A stretch of 64,000 nucleotides of DNA, taken from assembly GCA_965237685.1 (NCBI GenBank), contig CBDEGF010000003.1:903803-967802 (forward strand). Direction: 5' to 3'. Source of the DNA: Candidatus Marinacidobacterales bacterium (lineage in GTDB: Bacteria > Acidobacteriota > Vicinamibacteria > Marinacidobacterales > SMYC01). Below, one piece after another: positions 40,163-50,317 of this stretch (its first letter is position 1; every line of letters begins with the position of its first letter). Under the pieces are notes generated by a model that was not told where the DNA came from, searched no databases, and worked only from the letters and a program-made list of their open reading frames with translations. The position numbers and the translations under genes are program-made.

Positions 40163-40517
40163 GATTCCTCCCTGCACCCGCACCGCTGGCGGGAACGCCT
40201 CTTATACGGGAGTCTCGGGCGTGTGTCTACAGACTCTCCTGCGGATCCGACAAATCTTTAGTGCATCATCGCGCGCTCACTCCTCGTTCCCGCCTACGCC
40301 CTCCGGGCTTCGGCGAGGTCCCGACGAAGCCTTGGCGAAGTCGGACGCGCGCGCCGCCTCGCTCTTCGCTCGGCGCTCGGTGTGCTATCGGCCCATTCGG
40401 GCCGGTCTCGCGGCAGGCGTGTCGGCTGCCGCTCGGCAGGCTGCAGAAGCGTTTTTCCAGCAGCCTGCTGGTACAGTATGTGTTCCGTTTGCCAGCGCGG
40501 GCTCCAGGCGATAGCCT

Positions 40518-41069
40518 TTGGCTCCAATGGCGAGCCGCGTTCAGTGGGAGCGTCGGCACTGTGAGGCTGCCAGCATCGGCTCCCCGTCTCCGTTTCTGGT
40601 CGAGGTCCTCGACCTGCTCCCCGAGGGGCGGTGTCTCGACGTGGCCTGTGGGCGCGGCGCGAACGCCCTCTTCCTGGCAGCCCGTGGTTTCGAGGTCGAA
40701 GCCATCGACTGGAGCGCGCAGGCCTTGCGCACGCTCGGCCGGCTCGCGGCCCAGGAAGGCCTGACCGTACGGGCCGTCGCCGCTGATCTCCAGGAGTACC
40801 CGCTACCATCCAGTCGGTACGACGTTCTGCTCTGCATGCGGTATCTCGACCGGGGCCTGTGGCCCTCGATGGTGAGAGCTCTCCGGCCTGGCGGAGCTCT
40901 CCTCTACGAGACGATGACCCTCGCCCACCTCGTGGAGAACCCCTCGTTCCCGGAGAAATACTGTCTGAGGCCCGGGGAGCTGCTGACCGCATTCGAAGGG
41001 GTCGACGTGGCCCTGTACCGGGAGCTGCCCGGATCGTCGACCGCCTCGCTCCTGGCCTTCAAGCGCTAG
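40518..41069 (+). CDS. Class I SAM-dependent methyltransferase
   Basis: LDVACGRGANALFLAARGFEVEAIDWS motif I; 183 aa. Confidence 0.75.
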   Translation: MAPMASRVQWERRHCEAASIGSPSPFLVEVLDLLPEGRCLDVACGRGANALFLAARGFEVEAIDWSAQALRTLGRLAAQEGLTVRAVAADLQEYPLPSSRYDVLLCMRYLDRGLWPSMVRALRPGGALLYETMTLAHLVENPSFPEKYCLRPGELLTAFEGVDVALYRELPGSSTASLLAFKR

Positions 41070-41110
41070 TGCTCGAACCCGCTGATCCTGTCGGTGAATG
41101 ACGCCATTCT
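41066..41110. repeat. Partial copy of the CTAG repeat; supplies the TAG stop of the methyltransferase
   Basis: ctagtgctcgaacccgctgatcctgtcggtgaatgacgccatt; gene ends ..FKR* with cgc TAG tgc. Confidence 0.6.
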
Positions 41111-41305
41111 TCGGGTGCCGGTGATATTCCGCGTACTCGCCGAATAGCGTCGTCGTTCGGTCATCACACTCCCTCGGACAGACCGCATAGTATGCCCCGC
41201 GCGTGGCGGAGACAACTGCCTCAGCGTCCCCGTAAGGCGCGTGATATGATGGGTTTCCTGCGGCTCTGGCCGCGATAGGAGGAACGGCAAGGAGGATGAC
41301 GTCCC

Positions 41306-41716
41306 ATGGCCAACGACTCGGGGACTGAACAGAAAACCGAAGCGCACATTCCTGGCATCGATTTCGACCCCGGCACCACGAAGGAAGCCCCAGCCTCCTA
41401 CTCGATGATCGAGCCTCGGCTCAAGAAGATCTACGCCGAGTTCTACAAGGAGACCTACTTTTCCGATCAAAAGGCCCTGGACTCAAGAACCCAGGAGCTC
41501 ATCGCGCTTGCCGCGTCCCTCGTGGCACGCTGCGACGGATGTATCGAGGGTCACATCAAGAAGGCACTGAAAGCGGGTGCTACGAAAGAGGAGATCAGCG
41601 AGACCATCGTGATCGCGATTGGCATCAACGCGGCTGCGATCGTCGACCTCACGGACAAGGCAGCGGCCAATCTCGAAATCAACCACTTCCCCGCCAAATT
41701 GAGCCGGCGGCCCTAG
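41306..41716 (+). CDS. Carboxymuconolactone decarboxylase / AhpD-like protein
   Basis: ..LVARCDGCIEGHIKKALKAGATKEEISE.. AhpD-core CxxC..H motif. Confidence 0.75.
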   Translation: MANDSGTEQKTEAHIPGIDFDPGTTKEAPASYSMIEPRLKKIYAEFYKETYFSDQKALDSRTQELIALAASLVARCDGCIEGHIKKALKAGATKEEISETIVIAIGINAAAIVDLTDKAAANLEINHFPAKLSRRP

Positions 41717-42099
41717 CCTAGCGGCTATTCGGGTAGCGCGAAGGCCACCAATCTGGCGCTTGCCCCCGCACCGGTGGCGTTACCACGAACTGGCGCCCCT
41801 CGCTCGTTGCATAGGTCATTGGGTGCCTGCCGTACGTCGGTCAATCCCGATCGGACTGATATGTTGCGGGGCGGAAAAAGGGAGCAAAAGAGCGAAGCTT
41901 CCGAGCCAGCAGGTGAAGACAGCAATGTCGTTTGGACATACGACCCTATATCTGGTATCCCAGTTCGGAATGGGCCTCTATTTAGTGGAAGGAGAGAAAT
42001 CAGGGGTACCGAGAGCGGGGGTAAGAAGTATCACCCCCGTTTTTCTCCCGGTACTGACCGAATCTTCGTCCAACTCCGTGGGACTGTCAAATGCGTCTC

Positions 42100-42390
42100 C
42101 GGCTTGCCAGTGCTTGAACCCGCTGGTCCTGTCGGTGAAGTCCGACGCCATTTTGGGGGCTGGCAAGGCGCTCCGACCCGCCTTCCGCAGCGAGCTTGTC
42201 GAGCGGAGGGCTAGGCCGAAGGCCGAACTGTCTCGATGCCATATCTAGATATTTCGAGCCGCCTTCCGCAGCGAGCCTGTCGAGCGGAGGGCTAGGCCGG
42301 AGGCCGAACTGCAACCAATGCAGCAACGCAGTCAGCGCCGAAAAGGGCCAGGAATTCACGGCAGGACTGGCGGGTTCGAGCACTAGGACG
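42100..42390. repeat. Expanded copy of the CTAG repeat with an internal ~75-bp duplication
   Basis: cagtgcttgaacccgctgg...; block ccgccttccgcagcgagc.tgtcgagcggagggctaggccg.aggccgaactg occurs twice; ends ggcgggttcgagcactag. Confidence 0.7.
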
Positions 42391-42761
42391 TTTGAATGAC
42401 CTCCTCAACCACCGGTTGATCTGCTTTCCAAGCTTGCGGAGCCTGAACGCGAGAAGAAATAGTACGAACGAGAACGCAATCGCGTAAGCGCCGAACATCC
42501 AGAGAACGGTGAGCGCCCCGGCACCCGGCCTCGCCAGCAACAGCGCGCCGAAGAGGACCGACACTACGCCGCTCGAGCCGAGCCAGAACTCGCCCTCGAT
42601 CTCCTTGCGGAGCCGGATCGCTGCGACGACTTCGAATACACCAGTGATGATGGCCCAGGCGGCGATTACAAACAGCAACGCTACCGCGGTCACGCCAGGC
42701 ATGAAGAACGTCACGAGGCCTGCCGCAATTCCAGCGATCCCCTCGAGAAGGTAGACCCACC
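42292..42761 (-). pseudogene. HdeD/DUF308-family membrane protein, C-terminal two-thirds (gene split by IS66-family insertion)
   Basis: ..RWVYLLEGIAGIAAGLVTFFMPGVTAVALLFVIAAWAIITGVFEVVAAIRLRKE..LWMFGAYAIAFSFVLFLLAFRLRKL; N-terminal part at 46290-46493. Confidence 0.65.
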
Positions 42762-42911
42762 GTGTCCTTGCGGTAGTAGTGCGTGAGAACGTGGGGGCGA
42801 TTCGGTAAGCTGAACGCCGGGTGTGTTGTTTTTCTCGCGGGCAGAGAGAGAGGGAAAAAAGGACTGGACAAACGCTGGCTGACTGTGTAACCTCAGGCTG
42901 GGAGGAAAACA

Positions 42912-43826
42912 GTGACCCAGGCAGGAAACGCTGCACTCGACACCGCAGCCAAGCGACCCACCTTTTGCGGCACGACCGTGACCGCCGAGGAATGGAGCGT
43001 GCTGACGGAGATCATCGCCACGTGTGGTCTGTCCCGGCACGAGCTGGCGCGCACGATCTGTGAGGGCCTGGGGTGGGTTCGTCGGAACGGCAATCTCAAG
43101 ACCCGGGAATGCTACGAGTACCTGGAGGTTGTCGAAGCGAAGGGGCTGGTGACGTTGCCCCCGCGTCACGAGCAGCGGCGCCGCGGACCGACGAGCATCC
43201 ACTACACGAAGGCTGGTCGCGAGCGGCCACGGCGTGAGGGCAAGCTATCGGACGTCGCTCCGGTGATGCTGGGCTTGGTGGCGAACGCTGAGGAGCGAGC
43301 GCTATGGAGGGAACTGGTCGCGCGTTACCACTACCTGGGCCACAAGGTGGCCTTTGGCGCGCACCTGCGGTACTTGGTCTGGATGTCGAATCCTCGGCGG
43401 GAGCTCTGTGGGTGCGTGCAGTTCTCCTCGGCGGCGCGGTGGCTTCAGGCGCGTGACGGCTTCATCGGTTGGGATGACGCAACGCGGCAGAAGAACCTTC
43501 CCCGGGTGGTCAACAACAGTCGGTTCCTGATCCTGCCGTGGCTTTCCATCAAAGGCCTCGCGAGTCACGTGCTGTCGTTGGCAGCGCGAGTGGTGGTCGA
43601 TGACTGGGAGGAAGCCTACGGGGTGAGGCCGGTGTTGCTCGAGACGTTTGTGGAGAGGGAGCGTTACGAGGGGACGTGCTATCTGGCAGCGAACTGGGTG
43701 GAGGTGGGAGTGACTTCGGGCCGGGGCCGGATGGACCGGCACAAGAGAAAAGCCGAAGCGGTGAAAACATGCTTGGTGTATCCGCTGGTGCGTGAGTTTC
43801 GCCGAGAGCTCGGCGTTTCGCGATGA
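42912..43826 (+). CDS. Conserved hypothetical protein (DUF4338-like by recollection) carried in the IS66-family element
   Basis: 304 aa; ..HYLGHKVAFGAHLRYLVWM...FIGWDDATRQKNLPRVVNNSRFLILPW..; family call from memory only. Confidence 0.4.
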   Translation: MTQAGNAALDTAAKRPTFCGTTVTAEEWSVLTEIIATCGLSRHELARTICEGLGWVRRNGNLKTRECYEYLEVVEAKGLVTLPPRHEQRRRGPTSIHYTKAGRERPRREGKLSDVAPVMLGLVANAEERALWRELVARYHYLGHKVAFGAHLRYLVWMSNPRRELCGCVQFSSAARWLQARDGFIGWDDATRQKNLPRVVNNSRFLILPWLSIKGLASHVLSLAARVVVDDWEEAYGVRPVLLETFVERERYEGTCYLAANWVEVGVTSGRGRMDRHKRKAEAVKTCLVYPLVREFRRELGVSR

Positions 43827-43962
43827 AGGTTCGAGCGGGCCGAGCTCCTGCGCCTGGAAGAGCGGCTGTCGAAAGGGGAGATTCCCGAGGATGCGTGTCC
43901 GGTGCTGCTCGAGGCGGTGCGTCATCTGCTGCGATGTCGCTATCGTCGAGGCGCTTGGCATG

Positions 43963-45180
43963 GCGACAACGGAACGTCGCGCGAAACGCACGAAGGCAAA
44001 GGGGAAATGGAAGAACAAGGGCCACGGGCGCAACGGGGCCAAGGACTACCCTGGTGCCGAGCACGTAGCGGTTTCGCATCCCGAGCTGAAGGCGAGCGGC
44101 CCCTGCCCCGAGCCACTGTGCCGGGGCAAGCTCTACGACACCCATGCGGCGAACAAGGATGTGGAGCTGAAGGCTCAGCCGCCGATCCAGGCGACGGTGT
44201 ACGAGCGCCAGATGCTGCGATGCGCAAGTTGCCAGAAGACGTTCACAGCGCCACTTCCGTCTCAGGCCTGGGCGAGCAAGTACCATCCGAGTGTGGACGC
44301 GGTCGTTTCGGTGTTGCGCTACGCCATGGGCATGCCCCACCACCGCCTGGCGCAGTGGCAAAAGTGGGCGGGGGTTCCGTTTGCCGCCTCCACGCAGTTC
44401 GAGCGGGTCGAAGCGATGGCGAATGCCGTGTTCCCGGTCTTCCGCCACATGGAGACGATAGCCGCGAACCGGCCGCTGGTTCACAGTGACGACACCGGCG
44501 CACGGATCCTCACGTTGATGGCGGAGAACGAGACCTTGACTCAAGGCAAAGGCGAGCGCACGGGCATCTTCACCACGGGCATTGTTGCCCGCGGCTTGGA
44601 CGCCACGCTTGCTCCGATCATCCTGTACGCGAGCGGACGACGGCATGCGGGCGAAAACATGGACCGGCTCCTGAATCAGCGCACCGTTCAGGAGAGCGAT
44701 GTCATCCATATGGCCGACGCCTCCTCGATGGCACCGCGCTCGCCGCGACGGATTACCGCCAAGTGCATGGTGCACGCACGCCGCTACTTCTTCGAGGCCG
44801 AGCCAGCCTTCCCCGAACACTGCGAGCGGGTGCTCGAGGACATCGCGACCATCTACCGCAACGACGACGAAACGCGCGACATGACCCCCGATGCGCGGCT
44901 TGCATATCACCAGCAACACAGCCGGCCGGTGATGGATGCGCTCTACGAGTGGATCGAAAAGCAGTTCCGCGAGCGCGTGGTGGAGCCCAACAGCCGCCTT
45001 GGAAAAGCCTTTTCCTACGTCAAAAATCACTGGCAAGGGCTAACCCGCTTCCGCGAAGTGCCGGGCGTGCCCCTCGACAACAACGAGGTCGAGCAGGAGC
45101 TGAAGCCCTCACAACGGCATCGCAAGAACTCGCTCTTCTTCAAGACCCAGCAGGCGCCGACGTGGGCGACGTGCTCCTGA
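43963..45180 (+). pseudogene. tnpC: IS66-family TnpC-type transposase (zinc-finger plus DDE), C-terminal frameshift
   Basis: ..CPEPLCRGKL...CASCQKTF.. zinc finger; HSDDTGARIL..ILYASGRRHAGENMDRLL..IHMADASS..NSRLGKAFSYVKNHWQGLTRF..VPLDNNEVEQELK..RKNSLFFKTQ; the conserved tail (..LSMIRTAVKNGVDPVHYLTNI..PESWLPWSY) continues in another frame after ~45140. Confidence 0.65.
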
Positions 45181-45315
45181 GCATGATCCGCACCGCGGTA
45201 AAAAACGGTGTCGACCCGGTGCACTATCTGACGAACATCTCCATGCACGCTCGAGACGCTAGAGCAGCACCCGAGTCGTGGCTGCCTTGGAGCTACCAGA
45301 AGACGTTGGAAAGGC

Positions 45316-45669
45316 TCAACCGACCCGCCGCCACGGCTCGGCCATCCCCGCTCGCAGCGGAAGTCCGTTGTAGATAAGCACCGCCAACTGCTCGGCGGGT
45401 AGCGCCGCAACGCCATCCGTCGTCTGACGCGGCCACCACTGCAGGCGCCCCTTCGAGAAACGCTTCTGGCACAACCAAAAGCCCTGGCCGTCGTAGACCA
45501 ATAGTTTGAGGGCCGTGCCTGAACGGTTGCGGAAAACGAATAGCGTTCCGAGGAATGGGCCGAGCTGGAACTGTTGCCGGCACACACAAGCCAAAGAATC
45601 GATGCCCTTGCGGAAATCGACGGGCTCGCAGGCAACCAGCACCTTCAGCTGGGGAACGAGCTGGATCAT
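45316..45669 (-). CDS. tnpB: IS66-family TnpB (Orf2)
   Basis: MIQLVPQLKVLVACEPVDFRKGIDSLACVCRQQFQLGPFLGTLFVFRNRSGTALKLLVYDGQGFWLCQKRFSKGRLQWW. Confidence 0.8.
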   Translation of the reverse strand: MIQLVPQLKVLVACEPVDFRKGIDSLACVCRQQFQLGPFLGTLFVFRNRSGTALKLLVYDGQGFWLCQKRFSKGRLQWWPRQTTDGVAALPAEQLAVLIYNGLPLRAGMAEPWRRVG

Positions 45670-46208
45670 GCTCGGGAGCTGCCTTCCAGCGCGCCGAGCA
45701 CGAAACGACACACGGCTTCGACCAACTCATTCTCACCCTCGCCGCTCGCCGTCACGACCGTGAGGCTCCCCGCTGCGCTCTCCACCGTCAGACGGCATCT
45801 GCTCGCTCCATGCTGAACCTCGCCGAGCGGCGGTGTCATCATGCCGCCCCCTAAGCCCATGCCGAACTGCGGCAGCTCGACGAACGCGTTGCCACTTGGA
45901 GCTAACGCCGTGACCCGCTCCGCCGCACTCCGATCCTGTACTGTGCGCGGGGACCGACCCGTAGCACCCGTTCGCCCGTGCCCCTTGAAACGCTTCTCGC
46001 CCACAACGGCCCCTCCACTCTCTCGGACCTGTTTGAATCGCGCCGCATTGACTCGGAGATGACTGCAGATCGTGCTCGGCGCATACCGATCGAGCAACCC
46101 CAGCGCCGCTTTCCACAACTCCTCCAGGATCAGCCGTCCGTGTGGCTTCGCCCGCCATGCTTCGAACTGTTTCACAACGTCTTCGAGTTCTGCCTTCTTT
46201 GAGCGCAT
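45666..46208 (-). CDS. tnpA: IS66-family TnpA (Orf1), extended variant
   Basis: 180 aa; position and overlap with tnpB; N-terminal helical region typical of Orf1. Confidence 0.55.
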   Translation of the reverse strand: MRSKKAELEDVVKQFEAWRAKPHGRLILEELWKAALGLLDRYAPSTICSHLRVNAARFKQVRESGGAVVGEKRFKGHGRTGATGRSPRTVQDRSAAERVTALAPSGNAFVELPQFGMGLGGGMMTPPLGEVQHGASRCRLTVESAAGSLTVVTASGEGENELVEAVCRFVLGALEGSSRA

Positions 46209-46289
46209 CGATGGCCTCCTTGAGCAATCTCTCCGCTCAACTTACGAACCCAACAGCACCTAAGTCACGCACTGCTGCCGCAAGGACAC

Positions 46290-46493
46290 GACCCACCACC
46301 GGTCGTTCTCGGGGCGGCCGGCAAAAGCACAGACGAGTGCGAACACCCCGTCCACGAGTGCGTAAGCGCCGAACATCAGAACCAGGACGGCCAGGGTGAC
46401 CCCGGGCCATGTGAAGGCCGCCAGGCCGAAGAGCAGCGCGAAGATCCCCCGGATCAAGAACGCCCACCAGTTATTGGCAAGTGCTTGTAGCAT
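46290..46493 (-). pseudogene. HdeD/DUF308 N-terminal fragment (first TM hairpin)
   Basis: MLQALANNWWAFLIRGIFALLFGLAAFTWPGVTLAVLVLMFGAYALVDGVFALVCAFAGRPENDRWW then IS-encoded tail. Confidence 0.65.
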
Positions 46494-47007
46494 GAGTCCC
46501 TCCTTCCTTCCGGTGTCAATCGTCTCGTTCTCCTGGGCCAGGTAGGTATTATCACGAAATCGGACACGGTGCGCGTCGAGACGTGTGGTCATCCGGACGG
46601 AAGAAACGGTCCGGGACATTCCGGGGAGGATAGAGTCCGGAGCCGCGAAATTCTAGGAAAGGCTAGTCTAGTGCGAGGTGTACCGTGGAGCGGAGGGGAA
46701 GAGAGACAGGCGTAAAACTATTGGTTCCAGGGAGTTCCGGGCCTCCTTGAGTGTGGCAGGCCGATGCGTCAGGAACTCTCGCGATGAGCGTCTCGCTCCT
46801 GCTGACCCTTGAGAATCGCGCACCAGTCCTTGTGCTCCGCGACCGGCATCCCGCATTCGATGAGATGTGGATACGCTGCTTCGGCTCGCTCTTCCGGCTG
46901 AACAGCTTCTTGAGAAGGGTCATCGCATCCTCCAATCGTACCTATCTCCCTCCACTACGGAGCCGTCCCCGGAAATGTTCCCGCGACGTTCGAAGCGGAA
47001 AAGCGCG

Positions 47008-47223
47008 TCAGCGGCCCGTCTTCACGTATAAGATGGCCGCCCCGATCACGTAGAGATAGCCGAAGTAGACAACGACCCACACGCCCCAGTCCAGATTGGC
47101 CGGGCCCGGCGGCCAGTCGGCAACGATGGCGAGGCTACCACCGACCGCAAAGAGTGCCATCAGTAGGATGGACACGACGGGGAGTTTCGGTCGTTTGGTT
47201 GGAAGCCCCGCGCCGTCCGTCAT
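47008..47223 (-). CDS. Small membrane protein, hypothetical
   Basis: 71 aa, two hydrophobic helices; weak. Confidence 0.3.
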   Translation of the reverse strand: MTDGAGLPTKRPKLPVVSILLMALFAVGGSLAIVADWPPGPANLDWGVWVVVYFGYLYVIGAAILYVKTGR

Positions 47224-47242
47224 GCACCGGATTATAGTGTCG

Positions 47243-48487
47243 TTAGAACCGGAACGTGAGACCCAGACTGAAAGTCGTGAGGTCCTGTCGAATCTGGACC
47301 GCCGTACCCGGGACCTCGAGTATCGATCCGGTGTTCGTCGTGCGCGGGGCGAAGTAGACGCTCCCGGTGAGGTCCACGACGTCGGTGAGGGCCACGGTCA
47401 AACCGGTCGCGATGGCGTACTTGTTTAGCGCCGGAAACTGGATGTTGAACAGCGTCGCCGCCTCCGGAATGGGGTTGCCGTTGAACGTGAAGCCGGCCTG
47501 GAACTTCATCGTATCGTTGATGCGGGTCTGAGAGCCCACCGCGAACGCCCAGACGTTCTGCCAGCCGAGACTGCCGTCGAGTGGTTCGTCACCGAAAAGG
47601 TTCGTGTTCTTGTAGTCGAAGTAGCGGATGTCCGCCGCGATCTTCGTGCTCTCCATGCCCTTGTAGGAAACCCCGAAGGACAGGATCATCGGGAAGTCGA
47701 TGTCCAGAAACAAGTCGCGCGCCTGGCCGTTGGTACCCGAGGAGTTGTATTTGGTCTGCTCGAATCGCTGTTTGCTCTTGAAAGACGCACCCACGTCCCA
47801 GAGCTCGTTCGTGCGGTAGAGAATTCCCACCTGGAACCCCAAGCCCCAGCTCGGCCGACCCTGAATGGCCGTCGAGAAAGTCCCATCGGTGTTGCGGCCG
47901 GCGAACAGCGCGGGATCTAGAGTGACGTTCAATGAGCTGACGGTGATGCCTCCGGCGACGGTGAGTTTCTCGCCGACATCCGCCGCAACCGACGGCGAGA
48001 ACTGAAAACCGCTGAACGACGCCGATACCGGGCCGAGGCCGAAGGACTCTGGCGGGTTGTAGGCACGCAGGACGGGATTGAACTCGCTCACTGGAAAACT
48101 GATGTTGCGCCCGACCAGGCTGTAGATGCCGATGCCATACGTGAGAGAGGCGTTTCGTGGTCGACTCGCTATACCGATGACGGGAGCTGACGCGAGGCCG
48201 CTGAAGCTGCGATTGCTCCCGAAATTTCCGCTGCCGGCGACGGCGGAGTCGAGAAACGTGTCGGCATACATGAAGTCGCCTCCGACGAAGACCTCGCCCT
48301 GCTCGAACAGACTCAGCGTTGCTGGGTTCCAGTAGTTGGCGCCGGCCGCGTCGACGGCAATCGCCGTCGAGACCCCGCCCATGGAGCGATTCAGAGCTCC
48401 GGCTCCCGGGAAGATGACCCCCTGCGCGAAGACGTGGCCTGTGGAGAGCAGCAGGAACAGGAAGACTGCAGCGCGAGACACCCGCAT
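47243..48487 (-). CDS. FadL/OmpP1/TodX-family outer-membrane hydrophobic-compound transporter
   Basis: Signal peptide MRVSRAAVFLFLLLSTGHVFAQG; NYWNPATL motif; C-terminal ..LGLTFRF beta-barrel terminus. Confidence 0.65.
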   Translation of the reverse strand: MRVSRAAVFLFLLLSTGHVFAQGVIFPGAGALNRSMGGVSTAIAVDAAGANYWNPATLSLFEQGEVFVGGDFMYADTFLDSAVAGSGNFGSNRSFSGLASAPVIGIASRPRNASLTYGIGIYSLVGRNISFPVSEFNPVLRAYNPPESFGLGPVSASFSGFQFSPSVAADVGEKLTVAGGITVSSLNVTLDPALFAGRNTDGTFSTAIQGRPSWGLGFQVGILYRTNELWDVGASFKSKQRFEQTKYNSSGTNGQARDLFLDIDFPMILSFGVSYKGMESTKIAADIRYFDYKNTNLFGDEPLDGSLGWQNVWAFAVGSQTRINDTMKFQAGFTFNGNPIPEAATLFNIQFPALNKYAIATGLTVALTDVVDLTGSVYFAPRTTNTGSILEVPGTAVQIRQDLTTFSLGLTFRF

Positions 48488-48606
48488 CTAGAAGACCCCT
48501 TTCTCGAGCGAACAAAAAACACAAATTTAGAATTGGAAGATAGTACCACCAAATAATGGGTGAGGAAACAAGAAAACTACTAGATTTGGTGGGTAAGAGA
48601 TAGGAT

Positions 48607-49707
48607 TCAGGCTAGGACTCCGACCTCCTGCTCGGTGCCCTTTGGCATGTTGCTTTCTCGACTGGCGAGAGCCTCCTGTTCCGCAGCCTCGATCTCCTGG
48701 TGGACCTCGATCTCGGCCTGGGTGAGCGCCCGGGCGTTGTCCATTTCCTCCGAGAGCGTCAGATCTCCCTTAGCAAGGTACGTCTCGTAGGTTCCGATGG
48801 GATCGCGCTGGCCCCAGTGCTCGAACAAGTGCGCGGGCAATATCTTGCGACTCTCGCCCTCGTCGTGGGTCGCGTGGCCGCCCATCCGGAAGGTCTTGGC
48901 GGTGATGACTACGGGACCTTTTCCGGCCCGGCACAGCTCGGAGGCCAACTTCGTCGTCCCATAGACGTCAAGAACGTTGTTTCCGTCGCAATTGTAGCGC
49001 GTCGCCGAGTAGATGGCGGCGACCTCCTCCATCGGCGCCGCGGAATGTGTCTTGACCACGGTGCCCAGAGCGATGCGGTTGTCCTGCAGGAACACTATGA
49101 GCGGAAGCCGAAGTGCTTTGGCACACATGAGTCCCTCGTGAAACGCCTGCGTTCTGGAGGAGCCATCACCCACCCACGTGAGGCTCAAGTTCTGCTGCTT
49201 CTTGACTTTGTAGGAGAGGGCCAGGCCGGCGCAGACGGGCACCAGAGCCCCGACCATGCTGATCGGCGCTACGACACCTCTCGCCAAATCGCCGATATGC
49301 AGATCCCGACCCCGGCTCGGTGAATCCTCGGTGCCGAGGTAGGCGCGGAACATGTCGGCCACGCTCATCCCCATTTCGTGGCAGGCGCCGGCGTTCCGGA
49401 TCATCGGTCCGACCGAATCGCCTCGCTGGAGTGCGTGCACTGCCCCTACGGTCACGGCTTCTTCTCCCGTGCCCAGCCACGCCTTCGAGATGACCCCCTG
49501 GCGCGCCCAACGCTTGAGCGCGATGTCGTGCAGGCGATTGCGGACGAGACCCTGGTAGAGCTCGAGGTGCTTTTCCGGGGTCAGGCCTTTGATGAGGCTC
49601 CGCCTCGCCGGGTCTTGCTGAACCCGTTGACGGAACTCCCGCATCACGTCGGGATCGGGAGTCCAGTTCTGGTATTCGGCCGGATCGTAGGCGGCGTAGC
49701 GTTTCAC
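48607..49707 (-). CDS. TPP-dependent 2-oxoacid dehydrogenase E1 component alpha subunit
   Basis: 366 aa; GDG..GA.HE ..ITAKTFRMGGHATHDEG TPP-binding blocks; no E1-beta gene adjacent. Confidence 0.75.
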   Translation of the reverse strand: MKRYAAYDPAEYQNWTPDPDVMREFRQRVQQDPARRSLIKGLTPEKHLELYQGLVRNRLHDIALKRWARQGVISKAWLGTGEEAVTVGAVHALQRGDSVGPMIRNAGACHEMGMSVADMFRAYLGTEDSPSRGRDLHIGDLARGVVAPISMVGALVPVCAGLALSYKVKKQQNLSLTWVGDGSSRTQAFHEGLMCAKALRLPLIVFLQDNRIALGTVVKTHSAAPMEEVAAIYSATRYNCDGNNVLDVYGTTKLASELCRAGKGPVVITAKTFRMGGHATHDEGESRKILPAHLFEHWGQRDPIGTYETYLAKGDLTLSEEMDNARALTQAEIEVHQEIEAAEQEALASRESNMPKGTEQEVGVLA

Positions 49708-49752
49708 GTAGCGATTAGACTGAGTGTAAGCATATACCGATCGTTTGGCGCG

Positions 49753-50262
49753 TCAAGCGGGTTCGAGCACCAGACGCATGCGAATGGCGCGCTGCCCCGC
49801 CGGATAGATTCCCTCGCCGCCCAGAAAACGGAATCCTCGTCTGGCAAAGAGTCGCTGAGCGCGGGCGTTCGTCTCGGCGACCGACAGCTGAACCTCCCGA
49901 ATCGGGGTTGGAGACGCCAGGAGCTTCGAGCGCTCGATCGCCTCTTCCAGTAAAGCGCTGCCAATCCCCTGGGATTGGAGCTCTCGTACCACGGCAATGG
50001 CGAGGAGCTCGACGTGCGACGTGGACGGGTCCCCAGGCTGGGGGTATACCGCGAGCATGAAGAAGCCCGCGGGACGGTTTCGCACCTCTGCTACGAACGT
50101 GGTGACCGTTTCGGTTCGAAACCACTCCTCCAGGTAGCGATCGTAGCTTCCGTAGACGAGAAAGAAGCTCGATGCGACGGTGGCAATGAAATCCGCATCC
50201 GCTTCCCGGGCCGGTCGCACGAAGACCGAAAGTCTGGACTTTTCCCGGGATTCCGTGGTCAT
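49753..50262 (-). CDS. GNAT-family N-acetyltransferase
   Basis: ..VVRELQSQGIGSALLEEAIERSK.. acetyl-CoA-binding motif. Confidence 0.75.
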   Translation of the reverse strand: MTTESREKSRLSVFVRPAREADADFIATVASSFFLVYGSYDRYLEEWFRTETVTTFVAEVRNRPAGFFMLAVYPQPGDPSTSHVELLAIAVVRELQSQGIGSALLEEAIERSKLLASPTPIREVQLSVAETNARAQRLFARRGFRFLGGEGIYPAGQRAIRMRLVLEPA

Positions 50263-50317
50263 GGCGCAGCCATATTAACCGGGAAGTTCAGGGAGGGTGA
50301 AGGGCCGAAGGGCAGGT

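Larger units (their letters stand above)
42762..46289. mobile_element. IS66-family element (3.5 kb) with 8-bp TSD GACCCACC; composite inverted repeats
   Basis: TSD gacccacc at 42754-42761 and 46290-46297. Termini gtgtccttgcggtagtagtgcgtga...gtaagctgaacg / cgctcaacttac...tcacgcactgctgccgcaaggacac. Precise excision restores hdeD ..ENDRWWVYLLEG... Confidence 0.75.

Noticed and set aside
46663-46935. 90-aa minus-strand ORF, or an alternative frame ending ..HLIECGMPVAEHKDWCAILKGQQER.., as a small Cys-containing protein
   Set aside because: Neither frame has a convincing start or RBS or a recognisable domain. Left unannotated.
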